Source of the DNA: Chrysomallon squamiferum
Lineage: Eukaryota; Animalia; Mollusca
Length of the DNA stretch: 64,000 nucleotides
Reading direction: 5' to 3'
NCBI GenBank assembly: GCA_012295275.1
Contig: CM022675.1
Location: 2,542,001-2,606,000 of the forward strand
Shown piece by piece: positions 1 to 14,474 of this stretch (position 1 is its first letter; each line of letters opens with the position of its first letter). Position numbers and translations under genes: made by a program. The notes beneath the pieces are model-generated. The model searched no databases. It was not told the origin of the DNA and saw only the letters and a program-made list of their open reading frames with translations.

Positions 1-184
1 AGAGAGAGAGAGAGAATCTTCTTCGTCTATTTATCTTCTCCGTCATCATCTTCATCGTGTTCATCTTCTTCTTCTTCTTCTTCTTGTTATTATTATTATT
101 ATCATTATTATTATTATCGATATCATTATTGTTATTATTATCGTTATTATTACTACTATTATTATTATGATTCTGATTATTCTG

Positions 185-280
<96 letters not shown>

Positions 281-877
281 GTTACATAAACACTGACGAA
301 AATAAGAAAAAAAAGTCTTTACTATCAAGTTGGGAAGTTTGAACATTAGTTTCGTATACGTGACCCGGGTTAATCTAACCTTCGTCAGTGAACCTTGCAT
401 CGTGAAAATCATACCACTCTGCATTTTTATCTTTAGAATACTGTATGACAGCAGGTGACAGCTGTGTGACAGCTTCATGTGTAATACATAAATTTAAACC
501 AATTACAATAATGATGATGATGATGATGATGATGATGATAATAATTATAATAATAATAATGAAATAAAATAAAACTAAATCTAATAAAGTTTAGTAGACG
601 AATTACCAAAAAGAAAAAACAAGAAAAAAATATAGTAATCAAACAGATAAAATAACAACAATACAAAGAAATATAAAAGAATAAATGAAAAAATTGTAAA
701 TGCAAACAATTTGAAAAAACAATAGTTAAAGGAATGCTTATGAAAATAATCCATATTTGTTTTCAATCGATTCAGTAAACCAGTGATATTTAAGTGAAAG
801 GAAGCAATAGAACGTACATTATGTCATAACATTACTGTTATTATTAAAATTATTATTATTAATTATTATTATTATTA

Positions 878-965
<88 letters not shown>

Positions 966-999
966 TATTTTATTGATTTTTACTTTTCTTTTATTTCCC

Positions 1000-1750
1000 G
1001 GTTCAGAGAAATTTGTACATCATGGACATTATGAATATGAGGATGGTTTTCTACGGCCAAATAGGTCCCATGCATCGTTCTCCCAGTCGCCTACAAACAC
1101 GAAACATTGATTCGTCTGTGAATAATGTCTGATCCCATTGTCTGAGTCGCCAGTGTTGGTGTATTCTGGCCCATGTCAGACGTTCCTGAATGTGCCGCGT
1201 TTTCAGATGAAGAGCTTCAACAGGGTGACGTGCTTGTAGTCAAGCAGCATGGAGACGGTTACGGAGTTTGAACATGAATTCTAGTGTCTGTGGTTTGCTG
1301 TAAAATACGGGCTAAACGTGGAACACTTTCGAACCTGTGACGTCGAGACGACATCACTAAATACGTGTCTTCCCTTGGAGTAGTTAATCGTGGTCTACCA
1401 GAACGTGGTGGATCTCGCACTTGCTCAGTTTGGTGTACGCGGTGTTGGATATGTCATATGCTTCTGTCATGAACACCAAAGTACTGAGCGACGTCGATTA
1501 CTTGTTGGGGGCGTGATTCCGTCCTATGGCTTCTTGACGTTGATTTTCCGGTTAGCCTGGACAGCGACCCATTATAACAGGACGAATTCTTCCTTTTGTT
1601 TCTGGTTCAGTTCACGCGCTGCACGAGCTCACGGTGATTCCACGTGCACACACACAACGGCGTGCGATTTGACAAACGGTGTTCTTTTCACTTCACAAAG
1701 CGACAGGTCGGATGTAACTAACATATTACCAAGTCATATCTCTTTGTTTT
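1000..1750 (-). mobile_element. Degenerate Tc1/mariner transposon, N-terminal transposase remnant
   Basis: The minus strand reads (ATG about 1572) ...ENQRQEAIG...DPPRSGRPRLTTPREDTYLVMSSRRHRF...QHWRLRQWDQTLFTDESMF. This contains the GRPR motif and the first Asp of the DDE triad, with stops and deletions. Confidence 0.85.
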
Positions 1751-1790
1751 AATTTATATTTCAGGTTCTTCCATCATCAGTTTGCCGATC

Positions 1791-1849
<59 letters not shown>

Positions 1850-3315
1850 TTATCTAATGTAAGATGAGAAGTATAGATCATAGGAAAACAAATATTTGAT
1901 TTTGTCAACGGAGTCAGAATACCTTAGATTTACCCATTATAATTATAAGTTGTTTTAAAAGAAAAAAAAAATGTCTTCTTCTGAATTTGCCTTTTCAATT
2001 TTGTATTTTTTTATTATACTTTCTCTGCGTTCTTTTTACTTATTTGTGTTTTCCATGTATCTGCATATACCTACAGTGAAATCTTTGACGACATGTTTTT
2101 CATACATTACCATGAAGTGAAGCTTAATTTCAGTGAACGAAGATGCCTAGTTACAAGAGATTGTGGTGGGATGTCTGTAATGAAATAGTATCACGTGGTT
2201 TCAAGTGATTATGTGTAGTCGTTGCAGGTTGGTCCTGCTGTCAACTGTTATGATGCTGTCAAAAGTTAAGCAAATGTTCGCATGCATCTGTCTGTTAAAA
2301 AGAGTTGTAGGTTTTGACACGGTTTCTAGTGCTAGAATTAAAATGAAATAAAGTATATTACCTGTGTTTACCGAAACAGGTAAAACAACAAGAACAACAA
2401 TAACAACAATACTACTACTACTACTACTAATAATAATAATATTAAAATAAAATAATAAACAATCGTTACTACAGTTATCGATCGAAGACAAATTAAAGAA
2501 GAAAATCGGTAAATGAATGAAAAAACAAATCTAACATAATGTCAAGAAGACTCTCCATCTTGAAAATAACTGCATGAACAATCGAAATATTTTCTTCCGC
2601 GCTGAATTCATAAGTCAAACCGCATGTCCATAAAAAGAAACGATAAGAAAATAAATAACAATGAATTGGAAGAGCAAACCAGATATAATTTGTTTTCTAA
2701 TGATAATAATTATATGAACATGAACTAACATTTTAGTGATATTTATGATTTAGTAGAAATAACAGATTACAGGATATTTTCTGCCGCAAGCTTTATTCAA
2801 ACTATTGCAAATATAATAATAACAAAATATAAAATAGTAATAAAGAAGTAAACAAACGAATATATAAATTGAAAAACAAGAAAAACACACGAAGAAGAAA
2901 ATAGCACAAAAAATTAAATAAATAAATAATAAATAAATAAATAAATAAATAATAGCAATAAATGTAAAGATAATTATAAGAATAATAAACACAACAAAAT
3001 TATAAAAAGCAGCCCCAAAAACCTGTTTCTGTATGTATGTGAGTAATGGTAATAGTAATATCAATAACAATAAAGGTAATAATATTACTTACAAAAGCTT
3101 TACTAGACGAAAAGAAAGGAATAATAAAGTAATGCATTAAAACAAAAAAAAAAAAAAAAAAAACAGAAAAAAGCACGAATGAAAAAGAAGTAAACAAAAA
3201 TGAACAGTATTATTGAAATTTGGCAGATAATTAAATCTAAACTACGCGAATTTATTGTTATTATCATAAAAAGTAGAACAAAACATAAAATCAAATAAGT
3301 AAGTAAATAAGTAAG

Positions 3316-3351
<36 letters not shown>

Positions 3352-5666
3352 AATAATATATATTTGCACGCATGTGCATGCTTGATTGTATAAACGTTTC
3401 TTTTGTTTGTTTAATTTATTTCTTTTTTTTATACGTATATATGTGTTTGTGTATATATGTGTATGTATGTGTATGTGTTTTTTATGTGTGCGTATGAGTC
3501 AGATTATCTGTTTAGGTAGCATTTGTTTATACTAAATAGGCGGACAACGCAAATTTAATATAATAGTGTGTGTTTATGCGTGTGTGAGTGTGTATGAGCG
3601 TGTATGTGCGAAGAATAAGACGGTTTCATCATAAAATTATGGGCTAGAAAGAACATCAGAAGTTAAAGTAAAAAAAAATAATAAAAAAATAGTCTAAATA
3701 CCTGTTTCTTGAAGCGTAAACAAGCGAGTGAAAACACATCAGGGTGACTGTCGTGGTAAGAGTGCTAACCCAGATGAGCAGTGGTGTATCACAGGAGTCT
3801 TTTTATGTCAGTTCAGGTCAGTGGCCTCTATTATTAACTCGTTTCTCTATATTTTATTAAACAAAAAAATAAATAAATAAATAAAAGAAAAAAAAAACGT
3901 TTCAAATATTCATCTGATATCATTTTTTTTCTTTTTTTTTTGTTTTAAATATTTAAGTAAAATAAAATAACAGAGCATAAATAAATACTTAAATAAATAA
4001 ATACATATTCTATCTACGAGTGATCAATGTTCCGTAACAAGTGACAGAAAATCCGTACCATGGACTACTAAAATGAGAAAGTATAGACGAACCAGTATAT
4101 ATATATAAATATAGATTTATATGTATGTATGTATATAAAACACCAACAGGCTTGTTTTTATCCACCCTCGTCGACTACGTGTTACACTAGTGGCTTGTTT
4201 TGTGTTTAATGTAGCATAGCAACCCTGGATGTAGTAGCTGGCAATGAATATAAACTGTTTGGGTGTCTAGTAAATAAAATGATGTGTTATGAATAGTTTC
4301 TGTTCATACTGTATTTGTAAAATTGTATTGCTGTCTCAGATACAATTTAGGAGAATCAAAGCACCTAAAGGCTTTTAGGCAGCCACAGAGAGGCAGCTGT
4401 CTAGATAAACACACACGTGGTTAGGCAGATAGAGAGATAGAGAAATAGGCAGAAAGTTGCATAAACACAAAATATACATTTAGAAGACGGTAAACCGTGT
4501 TTTGGCCTCCCGCAGTAACGCCTTTAGCCATACCTTATTAGGGCGTCGACCCAGCTGTGAAACGTTTTCTCAGCAATATTTAGATGTGTTTGTTTAAGTT
4601 AGACAGTTGGTCCTAACTTTCTTATTATACCACGAATCGTTTAGGTTATACGTACTTGTAGAAGTCGCTGGTAGCAATTTTTATATTCTTATTATTAAAG
4701 TGCAGTTTATGCAAACGTCGGTAACATATTGATTATTTATATAAATAGCTTATTTAATACCTTCCAATATCTCGTAGGTTTCATTAAAGTAAGTAAACCT
4801 ATTACCCTTCATTTCTACAAATATCTCTAACAGTATGTATTAATTAACGATGTTCTGTTAGTTAACAGTAATTCCATTTCTGAAATCACATAGAAATTAT
4901 TGGTCATTAGCGAGAGACAAAAACAGTTTTTTGTCGGCCACATATTTATTTAAGTAAAAAACAAAAAGGAGACCACAGAGAGCAAAGACAACGATACGGA
5001 AAGGATGCAGGGGTTGGCGGCCATTATTAGGCAACTATTTTGGTAATTTTATTTTGCTTTATTTTAATTTAACTCGGAAGCAGGGACAAACGGTTATCCG
5101 TATTCCGTGTGCTCTAATAAGATGACCAATTTGATGTAACCTCTATATGCTCCGCAGAGAGTTTGATTTATATATATTTCTAACGTAAGCCGTTAGGGAA
5201 ACATCAAAACAATTAAGAATTATTGTATTTCATTTAACGCCAACTCCCACGTCCTCAACCACCAAATACATAATTATCTTTGAAATAGAACTAGTGTGTT
5301 TTGTTTTTTCTTTATTGTAGATTGATATTATATCTAGTTTATATCTGTAGTATATGTAAATTTGTGTATCTGTTAAAATCAACTGTCACAGTTTGTTAAT
5401 TACATAGACAGCGGGTCCACCACTCTCTAGTCAAGAAACGAGTCATATTTTAACAGAGTTGTTAGCACTTGAAAGCTAACACAGCTTATGCGCTGGGCTC
5501 CTTGACAAGACATAAACAGTTTTCTTTTAATTTGTCATTTAAATTCATCGATGACATAGCATATAATAGATACAGATTATATAGATATACACAATTTATT
5601 ATTTATTCATATTACTTACAGTAATATTACTACCACTACCACAACCAACACCACCACGAGTATCAT

Positions 5667-5698
<32 letters not shown>

Positions 5699-6094
5699 AT
5701 GCTAATACTATTATTCTACTGCTACTAATACTACTGCCACTGCTAGTTCTTTAAGAAAGAGAACAATCAAAGCAGACATTTTAGACAAGCAAAATGAGAC
5801 TTAGCATTAGTATTAGTTTCAGTAATAGTAGTGGTTGTAGTAGTATCAGTAGTAGTAGTAGTAGTAATAGTAGTAGCAGCAGCAATAGTAGTAGTAGGAC
5901 ATACTGTTAGAGATATTTGTAGAAATGAAGGGTAACATGTTTACTTACTTCAATGATACATACAGGTTAATTAAGAGATGTTGGACTGTATTAAATTAAT
6001 CTACTAAGATAAATAATCAATATGTTGACGACATTTTCATAAACTGTACCATAATAGGACAACAAAATAAAATAATAATAATAATAATAATAAT

Positions 6095-6136
<42 letters not shown>

Positions 6137-6189
6137 AATAATAATAATAATAATAACTAGTAGTTGCGACAGGACTATCATTAGTAGTA

Positions 6190-6709
6190 ATTATAATAAC
6201 AATGGCAGTATTGGTTGTAATATTGTAAACGTAATATTGACAATGCTAGTCCTAGTATTGAGAATAATTGTACTAGTCGAAGTAGTATATGTTGCACTGG
6301 CAACGATATTAGTATCAGTAGCAACTGTATCATTATTTCTATCTTTGGTATGTGTGTATGAGTCTATCTGTATATGCGCAGTATTAAATAGAAAATTGTG
6401 AGTCAATTTTCTATAACAGAAATCGGTTTCAAGATGACAACAAAATGGCTGATGTGTTTGTGTTCTATATTTAAAACCAGACAAAACTCAGCTAAATAGT
6501 TGTTGCTGCGTGAGAAAGGCGACTGCTGTCGTCACAGCTGACTGCGTTCAGAAATTTCAAATCTGTTTACTCTTTTCTTAATACTTTCTTCAAATTAGTT
6601 TTACAGTTTCACTGAAAAGTCTCACCTACTCTTGTCGGAAAAGCATAATGGAAGTATAATCAAATAAATTGTAAGATATAATAATTGAAGTGGAAGAGAG
6701 AAGAGAACA

Positions 6710-6757
<48 letters not shown>

Positions 6758-7380
6758 GACACGTGCGCGCTCACACAGATTGTCAGTATATTACAAACCA
6801 GCCACTGAACGGAAAGTCACTAAGTGATTGAAATTAACTGAGTATAATAAGAAACCCAGTGAGATAGAGAATATTGCTGCGATGTTTAAAGATAAATCTC
6901 TAAGCTATATTGTAAGACGACGAAAAGAAGAAGAATGGGGGAAATTCACAGACGAAATGTTATATATAAATTAAACTACCGTCGAGAAAGAAATACAATT
7001 ATAACAAAGATTACTGACTTTTAGATATATTAAATAACTAACTTTTTATTAGTGTATACACCATTCATCTGAAAATACAACTTCGTGTTACACCCTAACA
7101 TTCACAGATATAATATCTATCACAGAGCGTTTAGTTTTTACTCTGTTGAAATCAGAAAACATGTAATATCAATTTTAATTTAACATCGTCGTTTATTTTG
7201 AAAGTCTCTCACCCGTAGAGATAATATCTATCTCAGGACATTTCTGTTTTACTCTACAGAAATCAGAACAGAAAGTCATGTCAAACTTAATTTAACGTAA
7301 TTTATTTTGAAAGTATTTCAGTGCAGTGTCTGATCGCTCTCACAATCTGCGTAGAAACTATATTATGTCACTAAAATATT
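6190..7380 (+). repeat. Copy of a locally dispersed composite repeat (unclassified)
   Basis: Blocks GATGACAACAAAATGGCTGAT, AACCAGCCACTGAACGGAAAGTCACT and CCATTCATCTGAAAATACAACTTCGTGT recur at about 51.3-51.9 kb and 52.7-54.0 kb (+) and at 48.2-48.5 kb and 56.2-56.4 kb (-). Confidence 0.8.
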
Positions 7381-7646
7381 ATTACTGTTATTATTATCAG
7401 TAGTAGTAGTAGTATTAGTAGTAGTAATAGTAGTAGTAATAGTAGTAGTAAGAACAGTACTGGAAGATTATTCGTAATAATAGGTGAAGTAATACCGATA
7501 TAGGAATTAATTGTAGGGTACTAATTAACAGAATTAATAGTTGTACTAGTAAAGGTAGCAGTAGTTTATTGTTCCTACTGTTTTCCATTAATATTAGTAG
7601 CACTAGTAAGGTAAGTGTGAAATCGAGAGGTAGTACTAGCAGCGAT

Positions 7647-7709
<63 letters not shown>

Positions 7710-7996
7710 GTTATTATTATTATAATTATTATTATTTATCGATACAATTTTCTTCATTTAAATTTGTCATTAATATAAAATGTCCAGACAATTTATTTAG
7801 TGTTTATTGGTATTACTACTGCTACCACATTAACTATTACTACCGCTGCTCCTGGAAAGAGTCAGATATTGCTAACATAGCCAGTCAGGTAATTTAAATA
7901 AAAATAAAACTTGTCATAAAGAATTGACACATATAAGAAAATGCGTTATGCTGGAAAATGTCAGTAAGATCGTCACCACGCACAGATGACTGAATG

Positions 7997-8430
7997 AAGA
8001 TTTCACTTTACTTGAATTATATTCAACATCAGCTTTGTCGACTAACTGGCTTCAAATAAAGATTTCACTTTACTTGAATTATATTCAACATCAGCTTTGT
8101 CGACTAACTGGCTTCAAATAAAGATTTCACTTTACTTGAATTATATTCAACATCAGCTTTGTCGACTAACTGGCTTCAAATAAAGATTTCACTTTACTTG
8201 AATTATATTCAACATCAGCTTTGTCGACTAACTGGCTTCAAATAAAGATTTCACTTTACTTGAATTATATTCAACATCAGCTTTGTCGACAAACTGGCTT
8301 CAAATGAAGATTTCACTTTACTTGAATTATATTCAACATCAGCTTTGTCGACTAACTGGCTTCAAATAAAGATTTCACTTTACTTGAATTATATTCAACA
8401 TCAGCTTTGTCGACTAACTGGCTTCAAATA
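7997..8430. repeat. 62-bp minisatellite, 7 near-identical copies
   Basis: Unit AAGATTTCACTTTACTTGAATTATATTCAACATCAGCTTTGTCGACTAACTGGCTTCAAATA starts at 7997, 8059, 8121 and so on to 8369. Confidence 0.97.
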
Positions 8431-9509
8431 AAATGCGATATTTATGTACATTTATGAGATAAATAAAACTACTTCATTATAGCTGAAAACAGATAAAATA
8501 AACAAAAGTAGTAGTAGTACTTGTAGTAGTTTTTGTAGTAGTGGTAGTAGTTGTAGTAATAATAAGTAAGAAAAAACATAAAGCAGACTAAACTAAACTA
8601 AAATAGGTACACACATTAATAGGCAGCGAAACAGACAAAGTAATATTTCTTGTATTGGTATCAACAGAAATATCAGTAGCGATTGTGTCACTAGAACTAT
8701 TGTTTGTATGTATGTATATTACGATATATGTATTTTATGTGTATGTGTGTATGAGTTCATCTGTATATCTGCAGTATTTAATAAGTGTACAACTGTGAAT
8801 TAATTTACTATAACAAAAAGCGCGTTTCGAGATGACAAACATCATGACAGACATGTGTGTTGCTACATTTAAAACAGAAAAATCTAACCTAAATGTCTCT
8901 TGATGCATAACCAGTGCTGCTTCTTCTACAAGGAAACAAGACTAATATAGTCACGCAGGTGATCAGGTAGAAAACAACGGATACAGAAAATTAAGACCTG
9001 TAATGAAACATATTGTGTAGGAAAATGTCAAGATGACTCCAGACAGAGGAGAATATCTCAAAGTTCTTGGTGAATGCAATTTGTGATCTGAAATTGAATA
9101 AAAAAAAAAAAAAAAACATTAAGAAGAACAAGAAATCATTTAATGTCACTCTAAACTAACACCCATAGACATCAAAGTAAAACAAACAAACAAACAAACA
9201 AACAATCTAACAAATAAATAAATAAAAAACAATAAATAAAAAAATAAATAAATAGGTAAATAAATAAATAAATAAATAAATAAGTAAATAAAAAAATAAA
9301 AATAAATAAACAGTAATAATATTATTAATAATAATAACAATAATAATAATATGGAATATATAAAATAAAATTTAAAACGAAAGTTCATAAATAAATAAAT
9401 AAGTTAATAAATAAATAAATAAATAAATAAAAGAAAAAATTATATATGCGATCAGTTTTCAATAATAAGTTAGGAACATTGTTTTACAATGGAATACTTA
9501 ATTCAAATT

Positions 9510-9620
<111 letters not shown>

Positions 9621-10313
9621 AACACGACCAGTGAAGCATGTCCGTTGAGCAGAAGACGTAAGATGTCTCGAGGTAAAACTGTTTGTGTGTCTAACAAAAG
9701 CTAGAAGAATCAAGGTATTATTATATACACACGAATGGGAGACTTACAGTCGTAACGCATGGATCAGTTCAGTTAATCTGAGGTCGATGTTTTAGTTTCT
9801 TTTCTTAATATTTTCTTAAACGCAAATAAAAATATCACTGTAAATAGTCAAGCATGAATAACATAGCCACTGAGGTAACCAGATTAAAAAAAAAGAGTAA
9901 AATAGTTCATACAAAATTAACACATATAATAAAGTACATTAAGGAGGAGAATGTCAAGATGTTCGTCACACACAGCTGACTAAGAGTGAAAGTTTTACTT
10001 TAATTTTATTTACATCAGCCTTGATAACAAACTCGATACAAACAAAAATATCGCGATATTTACGTTCGTCTATTAGATATGTAAAACTTCACAAATGTGT
10101 TTTTTATAAAAGTTAAAGTGAGAGAAAAACAGAAATATTAAATTATTCCTAAAAAAAAAAACAATAATAATAATAATAATAATAATAAAGAATTGTCTAA
10201 ACTAAACTGAACTAGAATAGAACAGAATAGAACAGAATGGAACAGAATAGAACAAAATATGATGGAATAGAATACAATAAAATTAAATAAACAAAGAAAT
10301 AAACGAAGTGTTG

Positions 10314-10360
<47 letters not shown>

Positions 10361-10788
10361 TTATTATTTTAGTACCTACATATAACCACATAGGTACATA
10401 GACACATATTAGTGAAGGGTGTAAACACTATTCACCTGTAAATACATTTCGTGTCACAGTCTGACGCCCGCTGAGCTATGACCTACTCATTGAATTTCAT
10501 TTTCATATGACAAGTACACATGACAAAACATAATTGTTATGTGAACATTAATTTAATATCGAAAAAGCTTTCAAAGGCGAGACAGATCCTAGAAAAAAGA
10601 AAACCATTTCAGATCTGAATGTATTAACTTAAACAGAGTGAAGTGAAGCGAATAAACCTGCCAGTATTAGTGTCTACATCCCACACATCTGTTTCACTTT
10701 CAAACCCCAAGTGACTTAAAAACAGCGATTACTTTGTTTGAAACGTACACTCTATACAACTACATATTCAAATGTATTCAGTCTTCTG

Positions 10789-10867
10789 TATAAGTTTATC
10801 GTAAACAAAACTGAAGTCAAGTCAAGTCCGCACTCGTGGTCAACTTGATATTTTCCTCCAACAAGTG
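10789..10867 (+). promoter_or_regulatory. Possible promoter and non-coding first exon of gene A
   Basis: TATAAG followed by a short unique segment ending in the strong donor TG|GTAAGT. There is no clear homology to the B/C candidates. Confidence 0.2.
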
Positions 10868-11686
10868 GTAAGTATATTGCAGAAATAGTAGTTGCAGCTG
10901 TAGGGGAAGTAGCGATAGTAGTAGAAGTAGCAGTAACAGAAGTACCAGTGGAAGTAGTGCTGGCGCAATTTGACGTAGTATCAGTCGCACGAGAAGTAGT
11001 ATTAATACCAGTTGTAGTAGTAGTGGTTGTTACAGTACTAGTAAAATAACAGAAGAAATAGGAATAATGTTACTAGTAATAGTAATAACTGCAGTATAAG
11101 TAGTACTAATAATAGTAATCCTTGAAGAGCTAGTAGTAAAAGCAGTATTAAGGAAAAAAGATAAATAATTTCCATACTAATAATATATTAACGATAAAAT
11201 TCAAACAATTTAAAGCATACTACTTTTGTGCCTGAGGTATTTCTGTTTATCTGAACTCACTTATACAGAAAGAGTGTGTGTAAATATATATTTAAATATC
11301 GATGCACTTTTCTTTAGAAAATCTGAACAATATCTCAGCAATTTTATGTTTTATTCGACTGACACAACCAGTTTATCCTCGGGTAGTGTGACCTGCCGTT
11401 CGCTGTGCTTTGTATGTGATAATACACTAACAAGCGAGGATTTGTCTCGTACATAATTAGTCACCCTCTACGTCTGGACTCCTCTAAAAACATCCATGCG
11501 TCGCTAGTCAGATACGTAGTGGTCTGGAACGAATTTAATATTTTTATTTTTTATTTCTTGAATAAGTATAGTAGTCCATGGTACGGGTTTTCTGTACATC
11601 ATTACTTGTATATCTATATCTATATTATCTATATGTATATATCTACATCTATCTATCAGTCTATCAATATTTATATCGTTTATTTA

Positions 11687-11773
<87 letters not shown>

Positions 11774-12233
11774 GTTATTTTCTATATTTATGTATGTGTT
11801 TTATTTTACTGTTATTAGTACATTATTTAGAAGACAGTATTAACAATCTCGTGATCCTGTGTTAACATGAAACGCATCACTGCCCGCGCAGACTAGAACT
11901 TAGCTGCTACGGCACATGTCGCGTAGGAAGGGGCTTCCATTCATTTGTTCAGGTTCTCTTTTCTTGCTTTTAACATTAAACATAGATCACCGATATTTCG
12001 CTCAATCTGCTGTCATCTCGAATCCGTTTTTATTATAACGTACTGACATATACTCTACTTTGTGTACGTAAACGTATTTCTGTACGTGTACAGGTATGTG
12101 TGGGTATGTATGGATATGAATGTGTGTGTGTGTATGTGCGTGTGTATACGTGTGTGTATGTGTTTGTGTGTGGATTAATAGACTACTATTAGAACTATTA
12201 CTACTAACTACTACGACTATCTTTACTGCTCCT

Positions 12234-12401
12234 GCTATTACTGCTACTATTGCTATGGTTAATACTAGTTCTATTACTGCTATTGATAGTATTGCTGTTT
12301 CTAATATTACTACTGCTGCTATTACTGCTACTATTGCTATGGTTAATACTAGTTCTATTACTGCTATTGATAGTATTGCTGTTTCTAATATTACTACTGC
12401 T
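12234..12401. repeat. 84-bp exact tandem duplication in low-complexity DNA
   Basis: GCTATTACTGCTACTATTGCTATGGTTAATACTAGTTC... repeated twice. Confidence 0.9.
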
Positions 12402-12502
12402 GCTGAACTATTACCACTATTAATATTACAAGAAAACAAAAAAAAAAAAAAAAAAAAAAACGGCAGCAGCAGAGGCAACAACAACAACAACACAATAATA
12501 AT

Positions 12503-12567
<65 letters not shown>

Positions 12568-12963
12568 TATTAGTATTAGCAGTATGTGGAATTGTAGTTA
12601 TAATGGTGGTGGTATTCGTATTCATATTCGTAGTAGTATTAGTAGTAGTAGTAGAAGTAGTAATATTTTCAAGATACAACGGTACATGTCTTGTGGGACA
12701 CACGTGGGGCCGAACAAAAGTGTCCCCACATTGCAGGTTTACCCTCACTAGAGGGACACACATTAGAGACAGCTATTTCGGAACATATTTAAAATATTTA
12801 TTCACATCCACCACTGGCATTGCCGCAGAAAGCTTCACGTTTTTGTGCTGAAAAACAGTTGCAAACATATCAAGTTCATATATAAATGTAAATCAAGCCT
12901 ATTTTGCACGTTATATAACTCAAAATTAGCGTTTGGTATATTTATGTTTTACGAAATATTGAG

Positions 12964-12999
<36 letters not shown>

Positions 13000-14026
13000 A
13001 GCTGATTCTTCATGTGACAAGGCAAGCAGTATATTCTCGAGAAATCACTGGCGTTCCCCGCTTGATATGTTTGATATGTTTCTAATACAAACATATAATA
13101 TATTATAAAGAAAAGATAAGTAGTTTATTCAGCTAGCTTATGTGTACTGTCCTAAAAATCACTTAAAGTCACTCTCCTCTGTCAATATAAAACCGCTTGC
13201 AACGCATCAGTGCTGCTCTAGGTTAGAACTCTGCTATTACGACCACAGTGACCGCTTTCAGCAGATATCTGTAGTTGCTTGTAACGTTAAATGTAGCTCC
13301 TTCTTTTTCCTTTTTCTTTGTTTTTTCTTGTTCTGTATGCGAACATTTATTTGAGTTATAAGTAAAACGCACACACTCTCGCATACACACCTTTTACGCA
13401 AATATACTCACATATAAACAAACATTCATGCAGACATATGTGCATACATACACGACTACACATACATGGTTATATATAAAAACAGATATGCACATATACA
13501 CGGACAAACGCTCAAATGTACACACTCATAAATATTGATATAGATTGACAGAGGCACACAAATAAACACACATAGATTTACATGCACGTATCTATTGATA
13601 AACACATACACACTAAACGGTATTACTGCTAATAATAACAGCAATGGAAGTAGGAATAATAAAAACAAAAACAAAAACAAATATATATATATATACATAT
13701 ATATAAATAAAATAAAATAAAGGATTTCACTCAGAAATAAATACTGAAAAAAATAAAAATAAAAAAATAAAAATGGTTAAAGAGATCTGACGCACATCAA
13801 TTATTATACGAGAGATATAAAATCAGTGGTGCATTGCAGGGGGCGTGTACTTTATCATCATGACAAATACCACACAACTCGACTTGAGATATACGTTTAT
13901 ATTTTGCTCCAAACACATAACATTCTGTAAGTCAGGACAAAGTTTTGCTTTCATTTTTTGTTCTTACAAGGTAGGTTCAGTTTTATATCCTTAGTAAATT
14001 TATCTGAACACGTTCTGTATTGGTAG

Positions 14027-14264
14027 CCGCGGTACTTCTGTAAACATAGTTTGTATGTATGTATATGTCCGCGGTACTTCTGTAAACACAGTTTTATATA
14101 TATATATATATGTCCGCGGTACTTCTGTAAACATAGTTTATATATATATATATATGTCCGCGGTACTTCTGTAAACATAGTTTATATATATATGTATATG
14201 TCCGCGGTACTTCTGTAAACATAGTTTATATATATATGTATATGTCCGCGGTACTTCTGTAAAC

Positions 14265-14303
<39 letters not shown>

Positions 14304-14436
14304 ATATCAGCGGTACTTCTGTAAACATAGTTTATATATGTGTATATGTCCGCGGTACTTCTGTAAACATAGTTTTATATATAGTATTTATATATATATA
14401 TATATATGTCCGCGGTACTTCTGTAAACATAGTCGT

Positions 14437-14474
<38 letters not shown>

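Noticed and set aside
1390-1752. 120-aa + strand ORF
   Set aside because: It is the antisense shadow of the Tc1 remnant.
4130-5520. Microsatellite-free, higher-complexity block that might be a solo LTR
   Set aside because: I could not establish TG...CA ends with a target-site duplication or any coding similarity.
12690-12760. Short inverted repeat GTGGGACAC...GTGTCCCCAC
   Set aside because: Too short and single-copy here to support a MITE or RNA call.
12002-12851. Longest ORFs in the track (253 aa and 243 aa)
   Set aside because: They are translations of trinucleotide/dinucleotide tracts and an 84-bp duplication, with no domain signal.
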